A stretch of 63,846 bases of DNA, the filler included, from Octopus bimaculoides (Eukaryota), in NCBI RefSeq assembly GCF_001194135.2. It is 4 parts of 4 records of this genome, joined end to end, with 100 filler letters (N's around TTAATTAATTAA, not from the genome) between each part and the next. Parts side by side here need not be neighbours in the genome. Positions count along the whole stretch, not along the records: positions 1 to 18,816 come from NC_068991.1; 3 more parts are not named here. One strand, written 5' to 3'. Below the pieces are notes generated by a model. That model was not told the DNA's origin, made no database searches, and saw nothing but the letters and a program-made list of their open reading frames with translations. A program made the translations under genes and the position numbers. Below, piece by piece: positions 1 to 11,745 of this stretch. Numbering within the stretch: the first letter of the stretch is position 1; each line of letters opens with the position of its first letter.

Positions 1-95
1 AGGAGGAGGAGAAGGGGAGCAGGAGGAGGAGAAGGGGAGCAGGAGGAGGAGAAGGGGAGCAGGAGGAGGAGAAGGGGAGCAGGAGGAGGAGAAGG
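1..95. repeat. Tandem repeat, 20-bp unit AGGAGGAGGAGAAGGGGAGC, about 4.75 copies (runs off window start)
   Basis: Four exact copies at 1-80 plus a partial copy. Confidence 0.97.
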
Positions 96-620
96 AGTTG
101 ACGGTCTCATGACATTGCAATATATAGCCGTCACGCTTAACGTGTCTGTGCTTATAAATGAAACAGCAAGCGTTTTAGATGTGTGTACATGTAGTATATA
201 TATACAGACAAAGAGAGAGAGGGGAGAGAGATAAATTGATAAATATACATATATTTATGTACACATATACATATCTCAACACACACACATATATATATAT
301 ATGCATGCGCATACATAAGTTTTTTTTGTTTTGTTTATTTTTTAATTTTAATATATTTGTTTCTTATGCGGGGCTGTAAGAAAAGAAAATGAAAAGCAAA
401 ACAAAAACAAACAATAGAAAACAAAACAAAAAAACAAAAAAACATGCTGAGACGGCAAGCTGTTTCACAACGAGGCTCTTTGTTTCAGTGAGCAAGATTA
501 ATGAGGATTCATGCTTGGTTAGAAAGTTAGGAGAAAAGGGACGATGGAGAGGTTGTTAGCAGGGCGATAACTGGGTCAAGAAAACGTCTCCAGAAAGCAA
601 AAGCTAATCGACCAAGGATG

Positions 621-628
621 CGGGGGTT

Positions 629-670
<42 letters not shown>

Positions 671-738
671 TATATATATATGTATGCATGTGTGTGTGCA
701 TATATATGTATATATATGTGAGTGTTTGTCTTTGTGTG

Positions 739-779
<41 letters not shown>

Positions 780-874
780 ATGTGTATATATATATATTAT
801 AACATAAACATATGTATGTTTATATATACATTATTATTATTATTATTATCATTATTATTATTATTATTATCAAT
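621..874. repeat. Compound microsatellite (CA)n/(TA)n/(ATT)n; representative of dozens of such tracts in the window
   Basis: Direct reading; ends at an N-gap. Confidence 0.95.
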
Positions 875-1856
875 NNNNNNNNNNNNNNNNNNNNNNNNNN
901 NNNNNNNNNNNNNNNNNNNNNNNNNNNNNNNNNNNNNNNNNNNNNNNNNNNNNNNNNNNNNNNNNNNNNNNNNNNNNNNNNNNNNNNNNNNNNNNNNNNN
1001 NNNNNNNNNNNNNNNNNNNNNNNNNNNNNNNNNNNNNNNNNNNCCCAGGTCTTATTTTCTCTCTCTCCACCCACGCCACCACCAAATAATTTGTAACCTC
1101 GTTGTGCCAATGTGAAAAATCACGAAAAAAGACTTAATATTAACGTTGGTGTGGTTGTTGCTGGTGTTGTTGTTGATGTTAAGCCCCAGGGGTCAGCCGC
1201 TGATTTTAATTTATGGCTTAGTTAGAGTAGAACGAAGAGGAAGAAGAAGAGGTATAGTGGAAGAAGAAGCGGAGGAGGAGGAGAAGTAGCAGTGCCCATA
1301 ACTATTTTTCTGGGCCTCAAACATTGGTGAGAAAACGGGAGAGTCTCGAATTTTTGCCATAAAGTGGATTCAACTTAAAGCACCCCAGATCCAGAGTAAG
1401 GCGTTAAGCTGGGTGCCATATTAAGTCCACTACTAATACAACTAAAGCGAATCGGGTGTACCTCTTCTTACTGTTGCTGACGTTTTTGCTTAGTCATAGA
1501 TCAAGTTGATATTCAAGCATGGCATAATATAACTAGGACTACAGTATACAATGTATCCATTACCTTTTTAAGTCGATGGAGTAATATGATAGAGATTTAT
1601 TTAGCAGCCATTTCAGCAGTAGAGCTTCTTCGCACTCATCCTTGCTGGTTATTATTGTGGATGTTTTTGGTGTTGTTGGTTAACGCACGGACATGATATT
1701 TTTTCAATCCTGTTGTCAAAGGTGACCAAGTCTTGACCACTCTTTTTATTTTTATCCCTATAATAGGGATAGCATTGCCCAAGGTCAAAGATGTTCCGAT
1801 TGTATCAAGCGGTTGTAGGTGACAAATGCAAACACAGACACACAGACACATATATT

Positions 1857-2173
1857 ATGGCTTAGTGGTTAGGGCATTCGGCTCACGATCATATGGTCGT
1901 AAGTTCAATTCCCGGCAACGCGTAGTGTCCTTGAGCAAGGCACTTTATTTCACGTTGCTCCAGTCCACTCAGCTGGCAAAAATGAGTAGTACCTGTATTT
2001 CAAAGGGCTGGCCTTGTCACACTCTGTGTCACGCTGAATCTCCCTGAGAACTACGTTAAGGGTATACGTGTCTGTGGAGTGCTCCCAGCCACTTGCACGT
2101 TAATTTCATGACCAGGCTGTTCTGTTGATCGGATCAGCTGGGGCCCGCGTCGTTGTAACCGACGGAGTGCTCC
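1857..2173 (+). mobile_element. tRNA-derived SINE, family D (CORE-like central domain)
   Basis: A-box TGGCTTAGTGG and B-box GTTCAATTCCC, then TCCTTGAGCAAGGCACTTTATTTCAC, which resembles the CORE domain. The tail ...GACGGAGTGC is shared with copies at 7688, 11663 and 43508. Confidence 0.85.
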
Positions 2174-2309
2174 TTACACAATTCTACTTGAATAATGGAA
2201 CTGCAAATACAAGATCCTTAGATATCTCACTTTTATTTTCATTCTCTTACTTCCCTCTGTATTTCATATCTTCTCTATAATGATTAATACTCAAACATTT
2301 TCTCGCACC

Positions 2310-2357
2310 GTCTCTGATGAAGGGATATATAAAATATTCCGGAAACAGCTGTAAGAC
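2310..2357 (+). ncRNA. Minimal type I hammerhead ribozyme motif in a Penelope pLTR-like segment (about 2240-2440)
   Basis: Stem I GTCT/AGAC; core CTGATGA at 2314-2320; stem II GGGATAT/ATATTCC; GAAA; palindromic ACAGCTGT; cleavage triplet GTA. The segment ends in (TA)n. Confidence 0.8.
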
Positions 2358-2495
2358 ATTTCTTTATATATGTTCCGAAAACAATTTACAGCTTTGGATT
2401 TTTTCATCTCATTCTGTCAATTTATATATATATATATATATAATTAGAGGATATGTTAACTTCGTGAAGGGATAACTGTTTTAATTGTTTAACTG

Positions 2496-2880
2496 TTTAA
2501 CTTGTTTCAGTCATTTGACTGTGGCCATGCTGGAGCACCGCCTTTAGTCGAGCAAATCGACCCAAGGACTTATTCTTTGTATGCCTAGTACTTATTCTAT
2601 CGGTCTCTTTAGCCGAACCGCTAAGTGACGAGGACATAAACACACCACCATCGGTTGTCAAGCAATGCTAGGGGGGATAAACACAGACACACAAACACAC
2701 ACACATACATATATACGACGGGATTCTTTCAGTTTCCGCCTACCAAATCTACTCACAAAGCTTTGGTCGGCCTGAGGCTATAGTAGAAGACACTTGCCCA
2801 AGATGCCACGCAGTGGGACTGAACCCGGAACCATGTGGTTGGTTAGCAAGCTACTTACCACATAGCCACTCCTGCCTGCG
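2496..2880 (-). mobile_element. tRNA-derived SINE, family A (internal microsatellite, CR1-type tail), near full length
   Basis: Reverse complement of the head GGAGTGGCT..TGGTAAGTAGCTTGC..GGTTCAGTCCCACTG and the tail GGTGCTCCAGCATGGCCACAGTCAAATGACTGAAACAAG; matches the copy at 41662. Confidence 0.9.
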
Positions 2881-2885
2881 CCTAT

Positions 2886-2924
<39 letters not shown>

Positions 2925-2927
<3 letters not shown>

Positions 2928-3155
2928 TGTGTGTCTGTGTTTGTCCCCACCCCACCCCAACATCACTTGACAACCGATGCAGGTGTGTTTACGTCCCCGT
3001 AACTTAGCGGTTCGGCAAAAGGAGACCGATAGAATAAGTGCTAGGCATACAAAGAATAAGTCCTGCGGTCGATTTGCTCGACTAAAGGTGGTGCTCCAGC
3101 ATGGCCACAGTCAAATAACTGAAACAAGTAAAAGAGTAAAAGAGAGAAAGAGTAA
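2925..3155 (+). mobile_element. SINE family A, 3' half
   Basis: AACTTAGCGGTTCGGCAAAAGGAGACCGATAGAATAAG through GAAACAAGTAAAAGAGTAAAAGAG. Confidence 0.9.
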
Positions 3156-4089
3156 ATAAACAAACAACTAAATGAATACATAAATAAATAAATGAAAGCA
3201 ACCATTTTTCATTCTGTTTTATTTTGTCTTTTATCTCACTTTTCGTTTTCTGTTGCAAAAAATCTGCAAAGACTTTGTATAACTTCGACCGTTTTGGTCA
3301 AGCAACTACATTTACCCTTTAGAGATTCTTTCAGTCATGTCTAGTATTAGCAATCCTATTAGCCAACGGTCTGTTCTATCTCTATATTGACCACACATAT
3401 ACGACTTACAGCCGCCATTTTATGCCTCACTACATACATTTAGTTGTCCCTTGTTAAGATCACTTGATCCTGAACAGCCACGGAAAATCATTCCAATTTT
3501 TCATTTAAGCCAATCATTTTCTCCCCATCGATTCACTTCCTTTTTATTCCTGTTTGTTTTTCATTTTTTCTTCAGTGTTTTTCTAACAAGAAACGTGCAG
3601 ATGTTTAATACTTCATTCTGTGTGCAAAGCATGCAGCTCGCTGCAGTTTTTCTTACAATTCTTCACATAAAGACATAAATCTTTTGACTTTTTATTCTAT
3701 TGGTATTCTACTTTTGTCTGTTTGGTGTGAGAGTGGCGTTATTGTGTTCCTAATTTGTAGTCTGGCTTTTATTAGTGTTCCTCGGCCCCTAATTATACTT
3801 GCAACGTCAGGACGTCTTATCTTGTTTATTTCTGTGGATTATCCTCCCTCTCTCTGTCTCTCTCTCGCTCTCTTTTGTTTAAGTACGCCTTTGTTTCTTT
3901 ATGGTATACTAAATGATGCCCGGCCGTACTACGATTAACTTTTGCAGATCTGTTGTCTTTGAAGTGATTCGTCCAGTGGGATTGCTTGAATCTCAACTTG
4001 TGTAGGGTCAGTGGTTCTGTCTCAGCGAGATCATCAGATGCGGTGACCGACTTGATCCTTCGATGGCCACACTCTGTTCTTGGTCTTAC

Positions 4090-4770
4090 TATTGCTGCAG
4101 TTACTGTTGTTATCATTGTTNNNNNNNNNNNNNNNNNNNNNNNNNNNNNNNNNNNNNNNNNNNNNNNNNNNNNNNNNNNNNNNNNNNNNNNNNNNNNNNN
4201 NNNNNNNNNNNNNNNNNNNNNNNNNNNNNNNNNNNNNNNNNNNNNNNNNNNNNNNNNNNNNNNNNNNNNNNNNNNNNNNNNNNNNNNNNNNNNNNNNNNN
4301 NNNNNNNNNNNNNNNNNNNNNNNNNNNNNNNNNNNNNNNNNNNNNNNNNNNNNNNNNNNNNNNNNNNNNNNNNNNNNNNNNNNNNNNNNNNNNNNNNNNN
4401 NNNNNNNNNNNNNNNNNNNNNNNNNNNNNNNNNNNNNNNNNNNNNNNNNNNNNNNNNNNNNNNNNNNNNNNNNNNNNNNNNNNNNNNNNNNNNNNNNNNN
4501 NNNNNNNNNNNNNNNNNNNNNNNNNNNNNNNNNNGTGAGTGATGTTGATGGTGATAGTGGTGGTGGTGGTGGTGGTGGTGGTAGTGGTGGTGGTGGTGGT
4601 GGTGTTAGCGTTGTTGCGGTTGTCAACATTGCTGTCGTTCTGGCTACTGTTGCTATCGATGTTGTTGCTGTAGTTGTTGCTGTTGTCGTTGATTTTGCTG
4701 CAGTTGCTGTTATTGTTGTTCCTGTTGCTGTTGTTATGGTTGTTGTTGTTATTTGATGTTTTTGATGTTG
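4090..4770. repeat. Degenerate (GTT/GGT)n trinucleotide tract spanning an N-gap
   Basis: Direct reading; it produces the poly-T/P/V/G ORFs. Confidence 0.9.
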
Positions 4771-4879
4771 TTGCCGTTTTAGCCGAGCATCAGCAGAGAT
4801 CGATGAAACACACAACAAAAGTCGTTCCAGCAATGACCATCACGTATACTCTGCATGTAAAACAGTCTAGTAAGGTGAA

Positions 4880-5010
4880 CTGCGGTGAACATAGCCGTCT
4901 CAAATGAGCCTGAAACCCTGTCGAAAGATATGGAGGCAACATAACGCCACCTTCACTAAAGACACAGCCAAACACCATCACAGTTATGGGAGGTAACTCG
5001 GGTCTTGTGA
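4880..5010 (-). pseudogene. Tc1/mariner-superfamily (DD37D/maT-like) transposase fragment, frameshifted
   Basis: TVMVFGCVFSEGGVMLPP, then after a frameshift FRQGFRLI*DGYV; resembles the VMVFG..SS.G.VMPP..F..GLRLNSDGY stretch of these transposases (from memory). Confidence 0.55.
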
Positions 5011-5261
5011 TGCCCAAATCACATCTTACAGATTTCAGAGAACTCACAGAGCATTAACCAGCAGCCATGATGTCAGCATGTTGAAACCCGGCGCGAATCA
5101 TCATGATACAGGTAAATCTTTTCCAATATTCGGATGGCCTCCAATCCTCCATGGCAGCCACCTTTTGCTAACATGGAGGATCGTTATGCTTTCAAACGAC
5201 TTTGGCTACCAACAAAATCTAGTTGTTTCTGAAAAGAAACAACTAGATTTTGTATTCTTTT

Positions 5262-5452
5262 ATTCTTTTCCTTGTTTCAGTCATTTGACTGCGGCCATGC
5301 TGGAGCACCTCCTTCAGTCGAACAAATCGACTCCAGGACTTATTCTTTGTAAGCCTAGTACTTATTCTATCAGTCTCTTTTGCCGAACCGCTAAGTTACA
5401 GGGACGTAAACACACCGACACCAGTTGTCAAGCGATGTTGGGGGGGAGAAAC
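5262..5452 (-). mobile_element. SINE family A, 3' half
   Basis: CTTGTTTCAGTCATTTGACTGCGGCCATGCTGGAGCACC...GAACCGCTAAGTTAC. Confidence 0.88.
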
Positions 5453-5466
5453 ACAACACGCATACA

Positions 5467-6287
5467 TTGGGTCATCCCATAAATAATGAGTTTTTTTTAA
5501 TACTTCTTATATTTTTCAAAATTAAGATAAACAAAGTTCTTTTTTAATCTAAAATATACTCTCCTTGATTTTCTATAATGCTCTTCCATCTCTTTGGTAG
5601 ACTTGCAAGGCTCCCCTTCTAAACTTCACTTGTTTGTGACAAAAACTACTCCTCCAGTTCTGTTCTGACCTCGTCTACAGAATTCATATTTTTTCCGTCC
5701 AGGGCAATGTCCGGCGAATTCAAATTGCGCCAGTCTTTCGAACGTCATCCGCGCTGTATGTGGCCAAGCATCATCCTGACGGAGGAGCATCTTTTGTCAC
5801 GAAAGATGGTCGTTTTTCTTCTAGTGCAGGTGTCGATGAATGTTGAATGACCAAATCCAAGCTTCTCTGCTGGTTCCTCAACAGTTACAATGGGATTTTG
5901 TTCCACCAGGGTTTGCAGGACATCCTCGTCGAGATCTACTGATCTTCTAGGATGAGGCTCGTCTTCTAGCCTGTAGTTTCCAGCTCGGAATTTCTGGAAC
6001 CACCGTTGACACTGGTTTAAGCTTATTGCCCCAATCCCCATATATTGCATTAATATTCCTCGCATTTTCCGTTGCGTTGTTGCCTTTATTGAACTCATAA
6101 AGNNNNNNNNNNCTTCCATTTTAGCTTTGAAAAAATATTTGTTAAAATCGAATTGTACTCTTCGAAACGTTCACTAAGAATAAACACAAAGTAAAATTAT
6201 TACCTGCTTTTATAGCAAGTTGATGCAGGTAGTTTATCCTGTCCCCCTCCGACTTTTAGTTCATGCAATTGGAAAAAACGCATTATT
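5467..6287 (-). mobile_element. Internally deleted mariner transposon relic
   Basis: N-terminal HTH QRWFQKFRAGNYRLEDEPHPRRS..LVEQNPIVTVEEPAEKLG; QDDAWPH (QDNARPH-like); C-terminal LPKRWKSIIENQGEYILD*. TIR TTGGGTCATCCCATAAATAATG at 5467, with a partial counterpart near 6271-6287. Confidence 0.88.
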
Positions 6288-6329
6288 ATTCTTATATTAC
6301 TGTATTCTGCCCATTAGCAATCAATCGAT

Positions 6330-6365
<36 letters not shown>

Positions 6366-6489
6366 GCTCATAGTTATGTACTCTTACATACACGCATATT
6401 TATATACATATATACATATACACATGTGGGGGGGGGTGTATATATCGATTTGATGTTGCGTCTGTTATGGTCCTTCTCTCGACTCCATA

Positions 6490-6624
6490 ATCATCATCAC
6501 TATCATCATCGACAACAACAACAACAGCAACAACAATGAAACAGCTATGGTTTGCACTTTATACAGAAGCATCATAGCTACGAAACCAAGCATGATGACT
6601 TATTAACGTCATCACATCATCATC

Positions 6625-6658
<34 letters not shown>

Positions 6659-6666
6659 TCATCATC

Positions 6667-6712
<46 letters not shown>

Positions 6713-6760
6713 TAATAATAATAATCAGCTTCTGTACCACTGCCACCACCATCATTATTG

Positions 6761-6808
<48 letters not shown>

Positions 6809-6929
6809 CATTCATCATCGTGGTCGTCGTCGTCGTTGTTGTCACAACCACCACGACCACTGTCAGCACAAACGGCTTCGTCGTCATCACCACCACCACC
6901 GTCATCATCATCATCATCATCATCATCAN
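6490..6929. repeat. Compound (CAT)n/(CAC)n/(AAT)n trinucleotide tract
   Basis: Direct reading. Confidence 0.95.
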
Positions 6930-7687
6930 NNNNNNNNNNNNNNNNNNNNNNNNNNNNNNNNNNNNNNNNNNNNNNNNNNNNNNNNNNNNNNNNNNNNNNN
7001 NNNNNNNNNNNNNNNNNNNNNNNNNNNNCAAAAGAATATTTGATAATAAAGAGAATATTAATGTTTGCTTAATCGGGAAGGCAGAAGTGTAGGCTTAGAC
7101 GGGCGATAAAGTACGCCATGAAAGGGGACGTTTTATAGTTAACAGTACCTTACTCACGCTAACTTTACTGCACCGAATTTCAAATCCCAGCGGGTGGCTG
7201 GCGTAGGGCGCGACTCACTTTCAATTTTTAAATTTTATCCTCGCGATATTGATAAAAAGAAGTAGCAAAGAAAATGAATCTTTGCTTAAGGTTTTGATGC
7301 ACTCTGCAAAAAAAAAAAATTTTTGCACACGCTGCAAAATGTTCTTGAATATGATATAAGGAAAAACACAAGGTGTCGGTTAAAAAGTCAGAGCTCCTGG
7401 GGTCGGTCTGCCTTTTTTAACCTCATTTTGTCCTTAACGTTTGTTATTGTCTTTTGTGTCCCATTCGATGTATTCATGTTTATACAATTTTTTTTCATTT
7501 CGTTTTATATGAGCCCCAGATCATATTGTACTGTTCCCTCTGTGTTTGTCCTTCATAGATAGTAATAAAATCATTTGATATATCAAATTTAATTGAGATA
7601 TCATGTTCTCTGACGACTTAAATGCAAGACAAATATAAAATCTCTTCCCTTATATTTTGCTTTTATTCATAACATAAAGATGAATCA

Positions 7688-8070
7688 GTGGAGGAGCAAT
7701 GGCCCAGTGGTTAGGGCAGCGGACTCGCGATCCTATGACCGCGGTTTCGATTCCCAGACCGAGCGTTGTAAGTGTTTATTGAGTGAAAACACCTAAAGCT
7801 CCACGGGGCTCCGGCAGAGGATGGTGGCGAACCCTGCTGTACTCTTCCACCACAACTTTCTCTCACTCTTACTTCCTGTTTCTGTTGTGCCTGTAATTCA
7901 AAGGGTCAGCCTTGTCACACTGCGTCACGCTGAATATCCCCCGAGAACTACGTTAAGGGTACACGTGTCTGTCGAGTGCTCAGCCACTTGCACGTTAATT
8001 TCACGAGCAGGCTGTTCCGTTGATCGGATCAACTGGAACGCTCGTCGTCGTAAGTGACGGAGTGCCAACA
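7688..8070 (+). mobile_element. tRNA(Arg-like)-derived SINE with the family D tail but a different central domain
   Basis: A-box TGGCCCAGTGGTTAGG and B-box GGTTTCGATTCCC. Positions about 7895-8070 align with 2000-2173. Confidence 0.85.
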
Positions 8071-8789
8071 CAAAAATGAATCATGTAAAATATCGGTATA
8101 TTACTTCTACAGAAGAATATGTATGATATTATAACATATTAAAATAAATCTATATAAGTGATATTGCAGCTGGCCAACAGGATTGGGTGATTAGACAGCA
8201 AAGTAGAGGGTAAGCAGATATCAGTATCTTTAACGTTATCTATGATTAAGAAGCACCGAACCCTCGATGTCTCAGTTCATATACTAATAAACAAATATCT
8301 ACCACGGGCTGCACAAGCCGGTAAGGATGTTAAACTCAGTACGAAGTACGTACAGTGTATAAATAACAAACGTTGTGTTTTTGCAGGCGGTGGGAGGGAG
8401 TGGGGGCTAATTGCTGAGTCAGAGAAGAAAAAGCAGCGCTTAAGTTCTGTTTTTTACGGCACCTGAGATTGGCGGAAAGAAAGCAAGCAGTAATCAGCAA
8501 ACTTGAGACCGGATCCAAATGCTTGTTGAGTAGTGAGTTTCTTTAAAAGTAAAGCAGCCAAAAGCGAATATAGGGGTGTCAAACCGGACGATGGACAGTT
8601 CTTTCGATGCGTGCTCCCATATTTATTCTCTCGTGTTAGGTTTCGTCCATTAGTGCATTAGTTAGCTCCTGGATGTGAGAGAAGTTGGGGCATTCGCTCA
8701 AGATGCCATAGAGTAGAATTGAACTCTTAGTCTTGTAGTTCAAAAGCGAACTTTGTAGCCACACAACCATGTCTGCATCACAGGCTTGA

Positions 8790-8941
8790 CTGTATAATAA
8801 GAGCCTTGTTTCCCAACCACATGGTTCTGGGTTCAGTCCCACTCCGTGGCACATTGGACAAGTGTCTTCTACTATACCCTCGCCCCGACGAAAGCCATGT
8901 GAGTGGATTTGGTAGACGGAAACTGAAAGACGCCCGTTGTA

Positions 8942-8985
<44 letters not shown>

Positions 8986-9530
8986 TGTGTGTGTGTGTGT
9001 GNNNNNNNNNNNNNNNNNNNNNNNNNNNNNNNNNNNNNNNNNNNNNNNNNNNNNNNNNNNNNNNNNNNNNNNNNNNNNNNNNNNNNNNNNNNNNNNNNNN
9101 NNNNNNNNNNNNNNNNNNNNNNNNNNNNNNNNNNNNNNNNNNNNNNNNNNNNNNNNNNNNNNNNNNNNNNNNNNNNNNNNNNNNNNNNNNNNNNNNNNNN
9201 NNNNNNNNNNNNNNNNGTGCGTGTGTTTGTGTGTCTGTATATGTGTGTAACTGCGTGTGTATGTGTGTGTGTTTGTCAGTATATGTGTGTGTTTGTGTGT
9301 GTGTGTGTGTATGTGTGCTTGTGCGTATGTATGTGTATGTAACTGTGTGTGTGTTTGTGTGCGTAACTGTGTGTGTGTTTGTGTGTGTATGTGTGTATGT
9401 TTGTGTATGTGTGTGCTTGTGTGTATATTTCTGTGTGTATGTGCGTGCGTCTGTGTATGTGTGTGTGTCTGTGAGTGTGTGTACGTGCGCCTGTATATGT
9501 ATGTGTGTATGTTTGTGTATGTGTGTGTGG
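8790..9530 (+). mobile_element. SINE family A 5' half running into an expanded (TG)n tract
   Basis: CCAACCACATGGTTCTGGGTTCAGTCCCACT...GGTAGACGGAAACTGAAAGA followed by (TG)n and a gap. Confidence 0.8.
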
Positions 9531-9945
9531 ATATTCTCTTCTGCGTTTGATTATTTAAAGGTCTTCCTATAAAGAAAAAGCCGGTTATTAGCAAAATACA
9601 AAGCCCCGTCGTTAAAACATTGGTAATACACACAAAAAAAAAACAATACTATGATTTGAATTTAGTATAAGCTACAACTCCATTAATTTGCAGTCACAGG
9701 ATGACTAAATTGTGAGTAGTTCAACTGTCTTGCAGATCTGAAAAAACCACGTAGCTCTCCGTTAGCTACATTCAGAAATGAGGCGCCATATTACAAACAA
9801 AGATTCAACCCTCGCATGAAACCAGTCCTCATCAGATATTACTGCAATGGCCTCTGATAAACGCAATCACCAAGCGCCAAGCACCGCCACACCAAATCTG
9901 ATTACCCCACTCCCATTAACATTGAGGGCTTAGCTACTCATATAT

Positions 9946-9988
<43 letters not shown>

Positions 9989-10228
9989 TATATATTATAT
10001 ATTATATCTCGGTATCAGTTAGAAAATAAGGGTAGTGTTGATAAAGACCCGCGTAGGATTATTTGTGGAGTCTCAGTTTCGCTGTCTTGGGTGTATGATA
10101 TGAATTCCTAATCCTACCTGGGATCCATTTTCCTTCCATTCCTGCGTCTTTGATAAGATAAGAAATATTAATGCGCTGGTATGTATGTACCTTATGTACA
10201 TATGTAGATGAATATATATATATATATG

Positions 10229-10274
<46 letters not shown>

Positions 10275-11294
10275 CATACATATACCACTAAAACACTTTG
10301 TCTCCCACTCTCCTTTTCTCTATCTTTCTTTCTCTCATTATGTGTATGCATATGTATNNNNNNNNNNNNNNNNNNNNNNNNNNNNNNNNNNNNNNNNNNN
10401 NNNNNNNNNNNNNNNNNNNNNNNNNNNNNNNNNNNNNNNNNNNNNNNNNNNNNNNNNNNNNNNNNNNNNNNNNNNNNNNNNNNNNNNNNNNNNNNNNNNN
10501 NNNNNNNNNNNNNNNNNNNNNNNNNNNNNNNNNNNTATATATATAAGTATATATATATACATATATATCTTAACTACATATATATATAGATAGATACATT
10601 GATACATACGTGTGTGTGTGTGTTTATATCTGACTCCATCAACATATCCATATCATGTGTGCAGTTATCTTTCATAACTTTGTACAATATTCATCATAAG
10701 TGTATGTGTGTGTGCGTTATTTAATCTGTCTGTCTGTGTGAACTCGTGTGCGTGCGTCTGTGCTTCCGATCAAGCGTGGCTGTCTACATGTCTAGCTCTG
10801 CATACCCTTACACACAGTCTCACACACGCATCTATACGTGCAAGCGGATACGCACGCACACACTCACACATATTCACACGCACACACACACGCGCACACG
10901 CGTATACAAATATATAATTATATGTTGTTTTTTTTTTAAATCTTAATCCGGGATTGAGCAAATATCGCGCGTATATAATTCTAAACGAGACTGATGTCAA
11001 CGCCCGGACGCTACATGGTTACTCACCTTCCAAGACATAGCAGTCAAATCCTCTTGAATTCATCCTATTTTTTTAAAGAATTTACAAACTCATAAGAACA
11101 GGATGGGAGTAAGAGTAGATGGTCATATCTGGAACGTCTTTGGTCAAAGATCTGCCCAATAAGAGTTGTCTTGGTGGGAAACAACAACTGCAACATCAGC
11201 AACAATTTAAATGTAAAGGCAGGCATATAGTACAATGTATATTTGAGTCATTGAACTGCGGTCATGCCGGGGCACTGCATTGAAGAGTTTAGTC

Positions 11295-11385
11295 TAGGGG
11301 TCTCCAAAGTGGTTGATATCGACCCCTGGAGGTCTATGGGACTATTCAAGGGATCGATAAATGCCTGAGGCTGCACATCTACTTA

Positions 11386-11451
<66 letters not shown>

Positions 11452-11545
11452 TATTAATTTATTTTCTTGAACATGCCTGGGGGTCGATAAGGGATTCAAG
11501 TATTCCATGAAGGGGTCGATGGTCTAAAAAGTCTGGGGAAACCAG
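11295..11545. mobile_element. hAT-type MITE with 8-bp TSD GTTTAGTC, inserted into a SINE tail
   Basis: TSD at 11287-11294 and 11546-11553; ends TAGGGGTCTCCAAAG and AAGTCTGGGGAAACCAG; internal (ATT)n. Confidence 0.85.
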
Positions 11546-11625
11546 GTTTAGTCAGACAAACTGACTCCGGTACTTATTTTAAAAGGTGTGGTAATTGTTC
11601 CGCTACTCTATTGCGTTTTTGTTCC

Positions 11626-11662
<37 letters not shown>

Positions 11663-11667
<5 letters not shown>

Positions 11668-11745
11668 GCACTCCGTCGCTTACGACAGCGAGGATTCCAG
11701 TTGATCCGATCAACGGAACAGCTTGCTCGTGAAATTAACGTGCAA
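11663..11745 (-). mobile_element. SINE family D 3' tail
   Basis: GTTGGCACTCCGTCGCTTACGAC...GTGAAATTAACGTGCAAG is the reverse complement of the end of the 7688 element. Confidence 0.88.

Noticed and set aside
6552-7043. Poly-His/Asn/Ser/Met ORFs
   Set aside because: Translations of (CAT)n/(AAT)n tracts, open in several frames on both strands, with no complex flanking peptide.
7219-7303. Minus-strand 85-nt segment bounded by a strong acceptor and a GTGAGT donor
   Set aside because: Stops in all three frames; at most a non-coding exon, with no support available.
7688-7760. tRNA-like sequences here and at 1857, 14684, 20028 and 41662
   Set aside because: They have A/B boxes but no complete cloverleaf and continue into SINE bodies, so they are SINE heads rather than tRNA genes.
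11025-11075. Minus-strand mini-exon ending AAG|GTGAGT
   Set aside because: The sequence resembles a dispersed repeat tail also seen near 18260, 20730 and 43085.
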